Of a stretch of DNA of 64,000 nt, positions 10,084-19,289 are shown one piece after another. Position numbers and translations under genes: made by a program. The notes below the pieces were generated by a model. The model saw nothing but the letters and a program-made list of their open reading frames with translations, ran no database searches and was not told the origin of the DNA. The DNA is from an uncultured cyanobacterium (GTDB lineage Bacteria; Cyanobacteriota; Cyanobacteriia; Cyanobacteriales; Cyanobacteriaceae), in assembly GCA_963749915.1 (NCBI GenBank), contig CAVVOP010000021.1:512001-576000 (forward strand). Direction: 5' to 3'. Positions within the stretch are counted from its first letter, which is position 1; every line of letters begins with the position of its first letter.

Positions 10084-10185
10084 GCCCCCCTAACCCAAAA
10101 TTGCGGTAAATTTTTCAAGATTATGTTGATTATTGATAATGAAAAATTTTAGCCTAATTTATTCCCCACAATGGGAGTTAGGGGC
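10084..10185. repeat. REP-like inverted repeat element
   Basis: GCCCCCCTAACCCAAAATTGCGG ... TTCCCCACAATGGGAGTTAGGGGC imperfect inverted arms. Confidence 0.6.
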
Positions 10186-10203
10186 AAAACTAATTATCAA
10201 TTG

Positions 10204-10437
10204 TTAATTATTTAACCAACCAGCACTTAACACAACGGTTAAACTAATAAAGGTTAGGCTTAAAATCCATGTAATTCGATTAAGAGTTGCTTCGGCACTT
10301 TTCGTACTAGAAAAAAGTTGTGCTTGACCTCCAATGCCGCCTAATCCATCACCTTTGGGAGAATGTAATAAGACTAGAATTATTAACAGTGTGCAGGAAA
10401 CAACCCAAATAATTTGTACTAATTGATAAACGGTCAT
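10204..10437 (-). CDS. secG: Preprotein translocase subunit SecG
   Basis: VLLHSPKGDGLGGIGGQAQLFSSTKSAEATLNRITW; ATG at 10437 chosen as start. Confidence 0.95.
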   Translation of the reverse strand: MTVYQLVQIIWVVSCTLLIILVLLHSPKGDGLGGIGGQAQLFSSTKSAEATLNRITWILSLTFISLTVVLSAGWLNN

Positions 10438-10516
10438 AATTGGCAAAATTTATTATTTTAACTACCCTATTATCTCAGATCTAGGACCCATTGAAGACAA
10501 TTACCCATAACTTCAT

Positions 10517-12115
10517 TTAAACCGATATGCTGACGGGAGTGCGATTTTGTTTCACTTCATATTCCGATGTTGTGATCAAAGATTCCCCCGTCATTTCCGG
10601 GGGTTTAGGCAATTGTAAAATATCAAGGATTGTGGGGGCAATATCTGCTAATTTGCCATTTTCTCGTAATTGCACATTATCACCATGACCAACTATTTTA
10701 CGTCCTTCTCCTTCAATTAAAATAAAGGGTACTTGATTTGTGGTATGTGCAGTCCAAGGATTACCATTTTCATCCTTCATATATTCTGCGTTACCATGAT
10801 CGGCTGTGATAATAACTGTGCCACCTACTCGGCTAATAGCCTCCAATAATTTACCCACACAAGTATCCACAGTTTCGATAGCTTGTTGAGCCTTATCTAA
10901 TTTGCCCGTATGACCTACCATATCAGGATTTGCATAGTTCATCACAATGAGAGAGTAAATTCCCTTAGCAATGGCCTTAGAAGCCACCTTGGTTAATTCT
11001 TCCGCCGACATAGCTGGTGCTTGATCATAGGTTGAAACCATGGGACTTTGTACTAATTCTCTGTCTTCACCTTCCAAAGGTTGTTCTAAACCACCATTAA
11101 AAAAGTAGGTTACATGAGGATATTTTTCCGTTTCCGAGGTGCGGAATTGTTTTAACCCGGCATTGGCGATAACTTCTCCGAGGATATTCGTAAGCTGCTG
11201 AGGTTCAAAGGCTACTTTTACGGGTAAATGGGGATCATATTGGGTGAAAGTAGCAAAACTAAGGTTATCAATTTTCTGTCGCTCAAAACCATTAAAATCA
11301 CCCATGGTGAAAGCATAACAGATTTGTCTAGCTCGATCAGGACGGAAATTATAAAAAATAACACCATCTCCCGAAGTTATTGCCCCTTCAGCGATGCGGG
11401 TGGGTTCGATAAATTCATCAGTTAGATCTTCCTTATAAGAGTCTTCAATGACTTGTACTGCACTTCTGCCATCCCCTGAACCTTCTGTGGTATATAAATC
11501 ATAAGCTTTTTTAATTCTATCCCAACGACGATCGCGATCCATCGCATAATAACGACCACATACAGTAACTATTTTACCAATACCAATTTTTTCTATATGC
11601 TCTTCAATAGCCCTAACATAATTTACCCCCTCATGGGTATTGGTATCTCTACCATCGGTAATAACATGAACACAAACTTTAGAAATACCCTGTAATTTGG
11701 CTAAGTCAAGTAAACCAAGTAAATGATCTAAATGAGAATGCACACCACCATCGGAACATAATCCCATCAGATGTAGCTTTCCCTTAGATTCGGTGACATC
11801 ATGGCAAATTTCTTCTAACACTGGATTTTTAAAAATTGATCCATCTTCTACGGCATCGGAAATTCTTACTAATTCCTGGGGAACAACTCGTCCTGCACCC
11901 AGATTCAAATGTCCCACTTCTGAGTTACCCATTTGCCCTTTAGGTAATCCAACGGCTTTTCCCGATGCGTTGATGAGGGTGTGAGGATACGCTTCCAATA
12001 AACTATCCATTACAGGAGTTTTTGCTAAGGCGATGGCATTATCTCGTGTGTCTTTCCGATAACCCCAACCATCCAGAATTACTAATACTACGGGGGAAAC
12101 TTGTGCTTGATACAT
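10517..12115 (-). CDS. gpmI: 2,3-bisphosphoglycerate-independent phosphoglycerate mutase
   Basis: LVILDGWG, MGNSEVGH, GRYYAMDRD, NPDMVGHTG, TADHGNAE; likely ATG at 12115. Confidence 0.96.
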   Translation of the reverse strand: MYQAQVSPVVLVILDGWGYRKDTRDNAIALAKTPVMDSLLEAYPHTLINASGKAVGLPKGQMGNSEVGHLNLGAGRVVPQELVRISDAVEDGSIFKNPVLEEICHDVTESKGKLHLMGLCSDGGVHSHLDHLLGLLDLAKLQGISKVCVHVITDGRDTNTHEGVNYVRAIEEHIEKIGIGKIVTVCGRYYAMDRDRRWDRIKKAYDLYTTEGSGDGRSAVQVIEDSYKEDLTDEFIEPTRIAEGAITSGDGVIFYNFRPDRARQICYAFTMGDFNGFERQKIDNLSFATFTQYDPHLPVKVAFEPQQLTNILGEVIANAGLKQFRTSETEKYPHVTYFFNGGLEQPLEGEDRELVQSPMVSTYDQAPAMSAEELTKVASKAIAKGIYSLIVMNYANPDMVGHTGKLDKAQQAIETVDTCVGKLLEAISRVGGTVIITADHGNAEYMKDENGNPWTAHTTNQVPFILIEGEGRKIVGHGDNVQLRENGKLADIAPTILDILQLPKPPEMTGESLITTSEYEVKQNRTPVSISV

Positions 12116-12159
12116 AATTTTTATTGCTAATGATTGGAGCTTAATAATTAGTATTTTAA

Positions 12160-12292
12160 TTGACACTCCCGCCGACAAATCAAATATTTTGTAGGGGGAT
12201 TTTTGCTACTGTTCCTCTTAACTAGGCAAAAGATCCGAGCATAATACATTATAGTCCTGCTAATGCCCCTGTCAGACCGAATCCACAGACAT
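12160..12292 (-). mobile_element. IS200/IS605-superfamily right-end remnant (TnpB omegaRNA/reRNA-like), no transposase or tnpB
   Basis: Minus strand GTCTGTGGATTCGGTCTGACAGGGG...CTAGTTAAGAGG...AATCCCCCTACAAA-loop-TTTGTCGGCGGGAGTGTCAA: subterminal hairpin ending in TCAA. Confidence 0.7.
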
Positions 12293-12305
12293 TTTATTTT
12301 TAAGG

Positions 12306-12317
12306 ATAATTATAACA
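12306..12317 (-). promoter_or_regulatory. Extended -10 element (TGnTATAAT)
   Basis: Minus strand TGTTATAAT, with TATAAT at 12314-12309, upstream of the IS remnant and gpmI. Confidence 0.5.
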
Positions 12318-12362
12318 ACATTTTCTTGGGGAGGTTCAGGGGGTTAATAAACTAATGATTTA

Positions 12363-13469
12363 TTACTCAAAGCCCATAATTCGAGCTACTTCTTGTAAAT
12401 CCGCTTTTATTCCCGATCTAATGCCCAGTTCGCTAGTTTTCATGGCATTATCAGGGTCTTTTAAACCGTTGCCAGTTAAAACACAAACTACTGTACTATT
12501 ATCAGGAATTTGATCTTTTAATTTCAACACCCCTGCCACTGATGCCGCACTTGCCGGTTCACAAAAAACCCCTTCATCTCTACCTAAAATACGATAGGCC
12601 TCTAAAATTTCACTGTCAGTAACGGCATTAAATTCCCCTTGAGAAGCCTCTTTTACCCCTAAAGCCTTTTCCCAATTGGCGGGATTACCAATTCTGATAG
12701 CGGTGGCTATGGTTTCTGGTTTTAAGACTTGATGTCCTTCCACAAAAGGGGCGGATCCAGCTGCTTGAAATCCCATCATCCGCGGTAAAGTATCACATCT
12801 ATTTTCGCTGTGATACTGACAAAAACCCATCCAATAAGCAGTAATGTTCCCGGCATTACCGACAGGAATCGCTAACCAATCAGGTGCATAGCCTAAAGTA
12901 TCTACCACTTCAAATGCTGCCGTTTTTTGGCCTTCTAAACGATAAGGGTTAACAGAATTGACAAGGGTGACGGGGTAATTATCGGCAATTTCCCGCACAA
13001 TGGTTAAAGCATGGTCAAAATTTGCCTCAATTGCTAATACTTCCGCCCCATAAATTAAGGCTTGAGCTAATTTTCCCAAAGCCACATAACCATCGGGGAT
13101 AATCACAAATGCTTTCATTCCTGCCCTTGTAGCGTAGGCAGCGGCAGAGGCTGATGTATTACCAGTACTAGCACAAATTACGGCCTTTGCCCCTGCTTCT
13201 TTGGCTTTAGAGATTGCCATAGTCATGCCCCGATCTTTAAATGACCCGGTGGGATTTAATCCATCATACTTAACAAATACTTTTATGTTACGACCGATCA
13301 TTTTTGAGATAATAGGGACACTTATTAAGGGAGTGTTTCCTTCTCTCAATGTAATAATGGGTGTTGCTAGAGTTACGGGTAAATAAGATTTATATTCTTC
13401 AATTAAACCTTTCCAGCCTGTTCTGAGATGATGATTTGTATGGGGGTGATGAATTTTCGTCGCTACCAC
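12363..13469 (-). CDS. thrC: Threonine synthase
   Basis: [13 protein letters not shown] lysine, [22 protein letters not shown]. Confidence 0.95.
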   Translation of the reverse strand: MVATKIHHPHTNHHLRTGWKGLIEEYKSYLPVTLATPIITLREGNTPLISVPIISKMIGRNIKVFVKYDGLNPTGSFKDRGMTMAISKAKEAGAKAVICASTGNTSASAAAYATRAGMKAFVIIPDGYVALGKLAQALIYGAEVLAIEANFDHALTIVREIADNYPVTLVNSVNPYRLEGQKTAAFEVVDTLGYAPDWLAIPVGNAGNITAYWMGFCQYHSENRCDTLPRMMGFQAAGSAPFVEGHQVLKPETIATAIRIGNPANWEKALGVKEASQGEFNAVTDSEILEAYRILGRDEGVFCEPASAASVAGVLKLKDQIPDNSTVVCVLTGNGLKDPDNAMKTSELGIRSGIKADLQEVARIMGFE

Positions 13470-13634
13470 GGGCGTTAAATCTAAATAGACAATAGACTTA
13501 ATTATGACATAATATCTTCACCTTTACACTTCTATTTTTAATTGAGATCTTGCACCCAAAGCATAAATCTTTGGAGATCGATATTACTATGATTGTTGAA
13601 CTAAAAATATGCAAATATTAAAAACTCTAAATTA

Positions 13635-14450
13635 ATGTTTAAATCATTTGAATTATCCGGTATTGGGCTTCATTCAGGAGAAAAAACCACGGTTAGAATT
13701 TCCCCCGCCAAAAAGGGCAAAGGGCGTTATTTTGTGAGAGTAGATTTACCGAATAAACCGATTATCCCTGCCACTATAGAATCGCTTGCCACAACTACCC
13801 TTTCCACAGAATTGAGTAATGGAGATGCCAAAATTAGAACTGTTGAGCATTTATTAGCATCTTTAATGGCTTGTGGTATTGATGATGCTCAAATTGAGAT
13901 TGATGGATCTGAAGTTCCTTTGTTAGACGGTTCCGCACAAATATGGGTAAATCACCTAGATTACATTTCTGACAAGCCTTTTGAATCGGCAACTGAGACT
14001 GTCACGGAAGCTATTTGGGTCAGAAAAGATGATGCTTTTTGCGCTGTGTTACCTTCCTCAGAAATAAAATTTAGTTATGGTGTTGACTTTCCTTATCCTG
14101 TATTGGAAAATCAATGGTTTAGTTGGTATCCTCAACGAGAAAGTTTTGCAACTGCCATCGCACCTGCCCGTACTTTTGGCTTTGCAGATCAAATTCAACA
14201 ATTGCAAGAAGCTGGTTTAATAAAAGGGGGTAGCTTAGAAAATGCCCTAGTCTGCGATAAAAATGGTTGGGTAAATCCGCCTTTGAGATTTGAAAACGAA
14301 GCCGTTAGACATAAATTATTAGATTTAATTGGTGATTTAAGTTTATTGGGCAAAATTCCCCGTGCGCATTATTTAGCTTATAAAGCCAGTCATCAACTGC
14401 ATACACAATTAGCAAAAAAGATCAAAAAATCTTTAATAATCAGGAATTAG
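13635..14450 (+). CDS. lpxC: UDP-3-O-acyl-N-acetylglucosamine deacetylase
   Basis: [40 protein letters not shown]. Confidence 0.95.
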   Translation: MFKSFELSGIGLHSGEKTTVRISPAKKGKGRYFVRVDLPNKPIIPATIESLATTTLSTELSNGDAKIRTVEHLLASLMACGIDDAQIEIDGSEVPLLDGSAQIWVNHLDYISDKPFESATETVTEAIWVRKDDAFCAVLPSSEIKFSYGVDFPYPVLENQWFSWYPQRESFATAIAPARTFGFADQIQQLQEAGLIKGGSLENALVCDKNGWVNPPLRFENEAVRHKLLDLIGDLSLLGKIPRAHYLAYKASHQLHTQLAKKIKKSLIIRN

Positions 14451-14555
14451 GAGTTACTAATAATTGTCGAGGCACAATTTTGTTGATAATTATTTGCCCA
14501 TAGTAAATAGTAATAACTATGTCATGATTCTGCCCATGATTGTTGATCTATAAAA

Positions 14556-14574
14556 TTTAGATGCGTTCGCCCTG
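14556..14574. repeat. Solo IS/MITE end (ISAs1-like inverted repeat)
   Basis: TTTAGATGCGTTCGCCCTG resembles ISAs1-type ends as I recall them; partner end not found. Confidence 0.35.
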
Positions 14575-14746
14575 TTACTCAATGTTCGTTGGTATCTTAG
14601 ATACCCCCGATTTCACTCATAATATATTTTGAGTTGTGGAAAGTAGATCACACAACTAATATTTTTCTTTTCTTAGATAATGGATATTTGATTAATATAA
14701 TAGTTAATCATTAATCGTCAAGCTTTAATTTCAGAGGAGGAAAAAC

Positions 14747-15007
14747 ATGATCCCTAGTATCAGCAATGATGGTCAAGCAAACGTAACCAAGGGTGTTCCA
14801 GATTTATTAGATCCTAATATGCTTAAGTCGGCGAAGGAAATCTATCAAACTTACTGCCATTTTCACCTTAAATTAGCTAAAGCACCTATCGGGGTGGCAA
14901 TCGATCGCAAAACTCATCGGGGTCAATTATTATTTACTAAACGTCCCATTTTATTGCCTTGGGAGAATTTTATTCCTATTAATCAAATAGAATCCGAAAC
15001 TTATTAA
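14747..15007 (+). CDS. Hypothetical protein
   Basis: Strong RBS GAGGAGG upstream; PIGVAIDRKTHRGQLLF.KRPILLPWENF. Confidence 0.75.
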   Translation: MIPSISNDGQANVTKGVPDLLDPNMLKSAKEIYQTYCHFHLKLAKAPIGVAIDRKTHRGQLLFTKRPILLPWENFIPINQIESETY

Positions 15008-15196
15008 ATCAAATTTTAAATTCTCGGAATCTACCTGCAAATTATTGTTGTAACTGAACAGGGCACAAATTCGGTATTTTTTCCTTGACACTGAAGCCTC
15101 TTTTTTCGTAACACAATTGTTTTTTATTGGGATCTGAATCCCAGGATGAAAAAACTAAATAGGTATAGATTAATAACATTAATTAAAGTAAAAATC

Positions 15197-15652
15197 ATGA
15201 GTTTAAAAGATCAAATTGGAGAAGATCTAAAATCAGCGATGAAAGCCAAAGATAAAATTCGCTTGGAAACCGTCAGAAGTATTAAAAAAGTTTTATTGGA
15301 GAAAGAAGTGGAATTACGAGGAAAAGGAGGAGTTACTTTAACCCTTGAGGATGAAATTGAAATTTTATTACAACAAGCCAAACAAAGACGAGATTCCATT
15401 GAACAGTATCTTCAAGGGGGTAGAGAAGATTTAGCAGATAAGGAAAAGGCAGAATTAGACATTATTGAAACTTATCTTCCTGCACAAATTTCCGATACTG
15501 AATTAGAAGAAATTATTACTAATATTATTACTCAGGTGGGAGCAAGTAACATCAAAGATTTAGGAAAAGTGATGGGAGTTGCCATAAAAGAATTAAAAGG
15601 CAAAGCCGACGGAAAAAAAATTCAAGAGTTAGTAAAATCGAAGTTAATTTAA
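15197..15652 (+). CDS. GatB/YqeY domain protein
   Basis: MSLKDQIGEDLKSAMKAKDK, KQRRDSIEQY, YLPAQ, DLGKVMG, GKADGK. Confidence 0.92.
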   Translation: MSLKDQIGEDLKSAMKAKDKIRLETVRSIKKVLLEKEVELRGKGGVTLTLEDEIEILLQQAKQRRDSIEQYLQGGREDLADKEKAELDIIETYLPAQISDTELEEIITNIITQVGASNIKDLGKVMGVAIKELKGKADGKKIQELVKSKLI

Positions 15653-15654
15653 CT

Positions 15655-15945
15655 TTAATCCATTGTGTAAAATTCAATATTGGGGATAAGTATGTCTTGG
15701 ACTATACCTATTCCCGAAAATCCCCATCTTGATAATAACAATTTTAGTTGAGGAGAAGAAACGGACTCTACAGTAAATTGATCCTTATATTCTGGACCAT
15801 GATGATTAATATAACCTAGAGCATCAAAGTCCTCTTTAAAAACAAATAAATAAGTTTTTTTTTCGCACTCTTGACTATCAATATTTGCGACTAAATATTT
15901 GCCATCTTGTTTGGATCTTAATACATAACAAATTTCATTGAACAT
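15655..15945 (-). CDS. Hypothetical protein
   Basis: 96-aa ORF filling the gap between yqeY and dacB; YVLRSKQDGKYLVA, RWGFSGIGIVQD. Confidence 0.75.
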   Translation of the reverse strand: MFNEICYVLRSKQDGKYLVANIDSQECEKKTYLFVFKEDFDALGYINHHGPEYKDQFTVESVSSPQLKLLLSRWGFSGIGIVQDILIPNIEFYTMD

Positions 15946-16035
15946 AGATAATAATTAATAGTTAAAAATTGTTTTTTTTGTTTTTGATAGATAAATTAAA
16001 ACTTAACTCATTCCCCATAAAGTTAAACTATAATC

Positions 16036-17484
16036 ATGAAGCATTATTCATTTTTTATTTTAAGTTATTTTTTTCTGTTTTTGCCTTTACCGATAACGGC
16101 TCAACAATCCCCTAAAACCACAGAGAAAAAAGTTTGTGTAAGTAATCTCAATAATGAAATCAATTCCATTATTAATCAACCTTCTCGACAACAAGAAAAT
16201 TGGGGAATTGTAGTTCAAAGTATTAAAGGTAATGAGGTTTTATATGAGTTGAATAGTAATAAATATTTCATCCCTGCTTCTAACACTAAATTATTAATCA
16301 CTGCCGCCGCTTTGTTAAAATTAGGCTCAGATTTTGAAATTAAGACCCCTGTTTATATTCAGAGGGAATCACCCAATGTAAATAATTTAATTATTCAAGG
16401 GAAAGGCGATCCCACTTTCACAAAAAAACAGCTAGAAGTTATAGCTCAAAAATTACAAAAACAAGGGATCAAAGAAATTAATAATCTAGTTTTAATGGAT
16501 GGTTATCTATCATCGCCAACGACTAATTATACTTGGGAATTTGAAGATATTTACTTTTATTTTGCTGTGCCTGTTAATAGTTTAATTCTTGAAAATAACA
16601 CCGTTAATTTAACCTTAAACCATAGCAATATTAACGAAAAGCCATCTCTAACGTGGTCAGATGAATTAGCTGGAAAGCAATGGGTCATCGAAAATAAAGT
16701 TTATACTAGAGATCAAAACACAGAATATAATGTAACGATAAATCCTTTATTTGCCCAATCAGCTTTAGAACTGAGAGGAGATTTGCCAATAAATACAAAG
16801 GATAATATTTGGCACTTATCTATTCCTAAACCTGCTGAGTATTTTCAAGATTCATTGATAGAAATTTTGACTAGTTACGAGATTAAAATAAAAGATACTC
16901 AGATTGTTATTGTTAATAGTAAAGATAATCTGCAGGGAAAAAATCAACAACTATTTTTAGAAATAAATTCTCTTATTTTAGCAGAATTAATCAAAACGAC
17001 TAACCAAGAAAGTAACAATTTATATGCGGAAGTTTTGCTAAAATATTTGGGAGATGAATCCTTAAATGAATTTGAATCTTTAGCTAAAATCATGGATAAT
17101 TTTGGACTATCTTCTAATAATTATAAACTGAGGGATGGTTCAGGTTTATCCCGTCATAATTTAATCACCCCTGAAGCCCTAGTTACTTTATTAAAGTTAA
17201 TGGATAGTAGTGATTATAAGGATATTTTTCGTGATTCCCTAAGTATAGCAGGAGTAAATGGCACATTAAAAAATAGATACAAAGACACGAACATCGCCAA
17301 TAATTTAGCAGCAAAAACAGGTACTTTAACAGGAGTGTCGGCCCTATCTGGATATTTAAAAACCGATAGCTATGGAGATTTAGTCTTGACTATTATTGTT
17401 AACCAATCAACAGCAAATTCAGTGACTTTAGGAAGTACAATTGATGAAATTGTTTTTTTATTAGGACAACTAGAAAAATGTTAA
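16036..17484 (+). CDS. dacB: D-alanyl-D-alanine carboxypeptidase/endopeptidase (PBP4)
   Basis: PASNTK (SxxK), SNN, DGSGLSR, KTGTL; signal peptide. Confidence 0.93.
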   Translation: MKHYSFFILSYFFLFLPLPITAQQSPKTTEKKVCVSNLNNEINSIINQPSRQQENWGIVVQSIKGNEVLYELNSNKYFIPASNTKLLITAAALLKLGSDFEIKTPVYIQRESPNVNNLIIQGKGDPTFTKKQLEVIAQKLQKQGIKEINNLVLMDGYLSSPTTNYTWEFEDIYFYFAVPVNSLILENNTVNLTLNHSNINEKPSLTWSDELAGKQWVIENKVYTRDQNTEYNVTINPLFAQSALELRGDLPINTKDNIWHLSIPKPAEYFQDSLIEILTSYEIKIKDTQIVIVNSKDNLQGKNQQLFLEINSLILAELIKTTNQESNNLYAEVLLKYLGDESLNEFESLAKIMDNFGLSSNNYKLRDGSGLSRHNLITPEALVTLLKLMDSSDYKDIFRDSLSIAGVNGTLKNRYKDTNIANNLAAKTGTLTGVSALSGYLKTDSYGDLVLTIIVNQSTANSVTLGSTIDEIVFLLGQLEKC

Positions 17485-17627
17485 TCATGGCTTTATTCGT
17501 GATATATAATAATAGGCAAAAGCTCAATTAATTTTTGTTATTAACCAGAAATTTAAAATATAATAATTGTCAATTGTTAACTGTCAATGATCCATTCATT
17601 ATCAATTATTAAAGGAGAATTAAAACC

Positions 17628-18221
17628 ATTTTTACACCCCCATTAGCACGATTAATCGAACAATTGCAAAAATTACCCGGCGTCGGACCAAAAAGTGCAC
17701 AAAGATTAGCCTTTCATATCCTCAAACGTGCTGATAAAGATGCCGAAGCCTTAGCCCAAGCTATTCTTGATGCAAAAAGAAAAGTTGGGTTCTGTCAACG
17801 GTGTTTTCATTTATCCGCTGATAGTATTTGTGAAATTTGCCGTAATTTAAATCGAGACCAAGATGTCATTTGCGTGGTAGAAGACTCTAAAGACTTGATA
17901 GCCTTAGAAAAAACTAGAGAATATCAAGGTTTATATCACGTGTTAGGAGGGATCATTTCTCCTATGGATGGCATTACCCCTGAACAACTTAACATTCAAA
18001 CCTTAATACAAAGAGTCGGACAAGGTAATATAAAAGAAGTGATTATGGCGATCAGTCCTAGTATCGAAGGAGAAACAACTACTTTATATGTAGGTCAACT
18101 ATTGAAGCCATTTACGAAAGTAACCCGCATTGCCTTTGGTTTACCTATGGGAGGAGATCTGGAATATGCGGACGAAGTGACTTTAGCAAGGGCATTAGAA
18201 GGGCGTAGAGATCTTGATTAG
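17628..18221 (+). CDS. recR: Recombination mediator RecR (probable ATT start)
   Basis: [14 protein letters not shown]4 zinc finger, [19 protein letters not shown]; conserved N-terminus [12 protein letters not shown] lies upstream of the TTG used by the track. Confidence 0.94.
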   Translation: MFTPPLARLIEQLQKLPGVGPKSAQRLAFHILKRADKDAEALAQAILDAKRKVGFCQRCFHLSADSICEICRNLNRDQDVICVVEDSKDLIALEKTREYQGLYHVLGGIISPMDGITPEQLNIQTLIQRVGQGNIKEVIMAISPSIEGETTTLYVGQLLKPFTKVTRIAFGLPMGGDLEYADEVTLARALEGRRDLD

Positions 18222-18313
18222 ACCCTTTATAAAATAAAAGTTAATACTAAAAGCTCCCCAACCCCCTAGGAGGGGGAGTAACTTCGGAGAGTACTGCGGG
18301 GAGAGCTTAATAG

Positions 18314-18335
18314 ACAATTAACAATTAACAATTAA
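18314..18335. repeat. STRR-like heptamer tandem repeat (ACAATTA)n, representative of several intergenic copies
   Basis: ACAATTAACAATTAACAATTA; related heptamer runs near 2081, 26700, 42365, 49160 and 54581. Confidence 0.75.
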
Positions 18336-18537
18336 TGATTCATTCTATCCTAAATCTCCAGTGATTGTCAACCTAAACTCTTAAAATTTCAAAATAAAAT
18401 AATCTATCCCATGGAAATGGTCATAAAACTACATTTAAGGTAACATTGGAGAGTGAATAAACAGTATGATTTACTTCACACTTTGGATTAAAAATCTTTA
18501 TTATTGAATTTTTTAGTATTTAAACAGTTAACTTCTT

Positions 18538-19179
18538 ATGACTCAATTATCCGCAGAATCGAAGGTAACAGGAAAGAAGGCTCATAATCACTTTCACCAT
18601 GGGAAACACTCTGTTAAACCGTTTAAGTTATGGCAAGATATTAGTGAACAAGAAGTCAGAATCGAAATTGTGCCGATGATTGACGTTATTTTTTGCATCT
18701 TAACGTTTTTTATTTTGGCGGCAGTGGGTTTTTCTCGACAACAGGCCATTAGTTTGAACCTTCCGAAGGCAACCACCGGCACAGCACAAATGAGAGAGAT
18801 GTTAGTGGTGAGTTTGGATAATAGAGGACAACTATATCTCGAAAAACAACCCGTTAGCCAAGTACAACTTTACAGTGCCATCAAAAACTATCACAGTCTC
18901 AACCCCAGCGGCTTAATGGTACTTCATGCTTCTCAGGAAGTTCGTTACAGTCAGGTAATTGGGGTCTTAGATATGCTTAAAGAGGTTGGGGGGGAAAGAG
19001 TCGCTTTAGCAACCTTACCGGGGAAATCTCAGGCACCAACTCAAACCGTTGATCCTTATGCTGGTTTTAACCCTTATTATCCTAATTATGGTGATCCTTC
19101 TCTCAATCAAGTATCGCCTCAACCCTCTGTTCAATCATCCCCTCAAATACCCATACCCGTAGAACCTCCGGCACCTTAA
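18538..19179 (+). CDS. exbD: ExbD/TolR family biopolymer transport protein with Pro-rich tail
   Basis: IEIVPMIDVIFCILTFF, LNLPKA, YSQVIGVLDMLKEVG. Confidence 0.88.
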   Translation: MTQLSAESKVTGKKAHNHFHHGKHSVKPFKLWQDISEQEVRIEIVPMIDVIFCILTFFILAAVGFSRQQAISLNLPKATTGTAQMREMLVVSLDNRGQLYLEKQPVSQVQLYSAIKNYHSLNPSGLMVLHASQEVRYSQVIGVLDMLKEVGGERVALATLPGKSQAPTQTVDPYAGFNPYYPNYGDPSLNQVSPQPSVQSSPQIPIPVEPPAP

Positions 19180-19289
19180 TTTAATAGACGTCTCTAAGAA
19201 ACTCTGGTCTTGTGGAAACATAAACTTTTACGTCTCCACAAGGCTTTTAGGTTGCACAAATTTAATTTGCTATCGCCTATTCTCTTTTT

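Noticed and set aside
12116..12178. N-terminal extension of GpmI given by the ORF track
   Set aside because: The upstream TTG lies inside the IS right-end remnant; homology starts at MYQAQVSPVVLVILDGWG.
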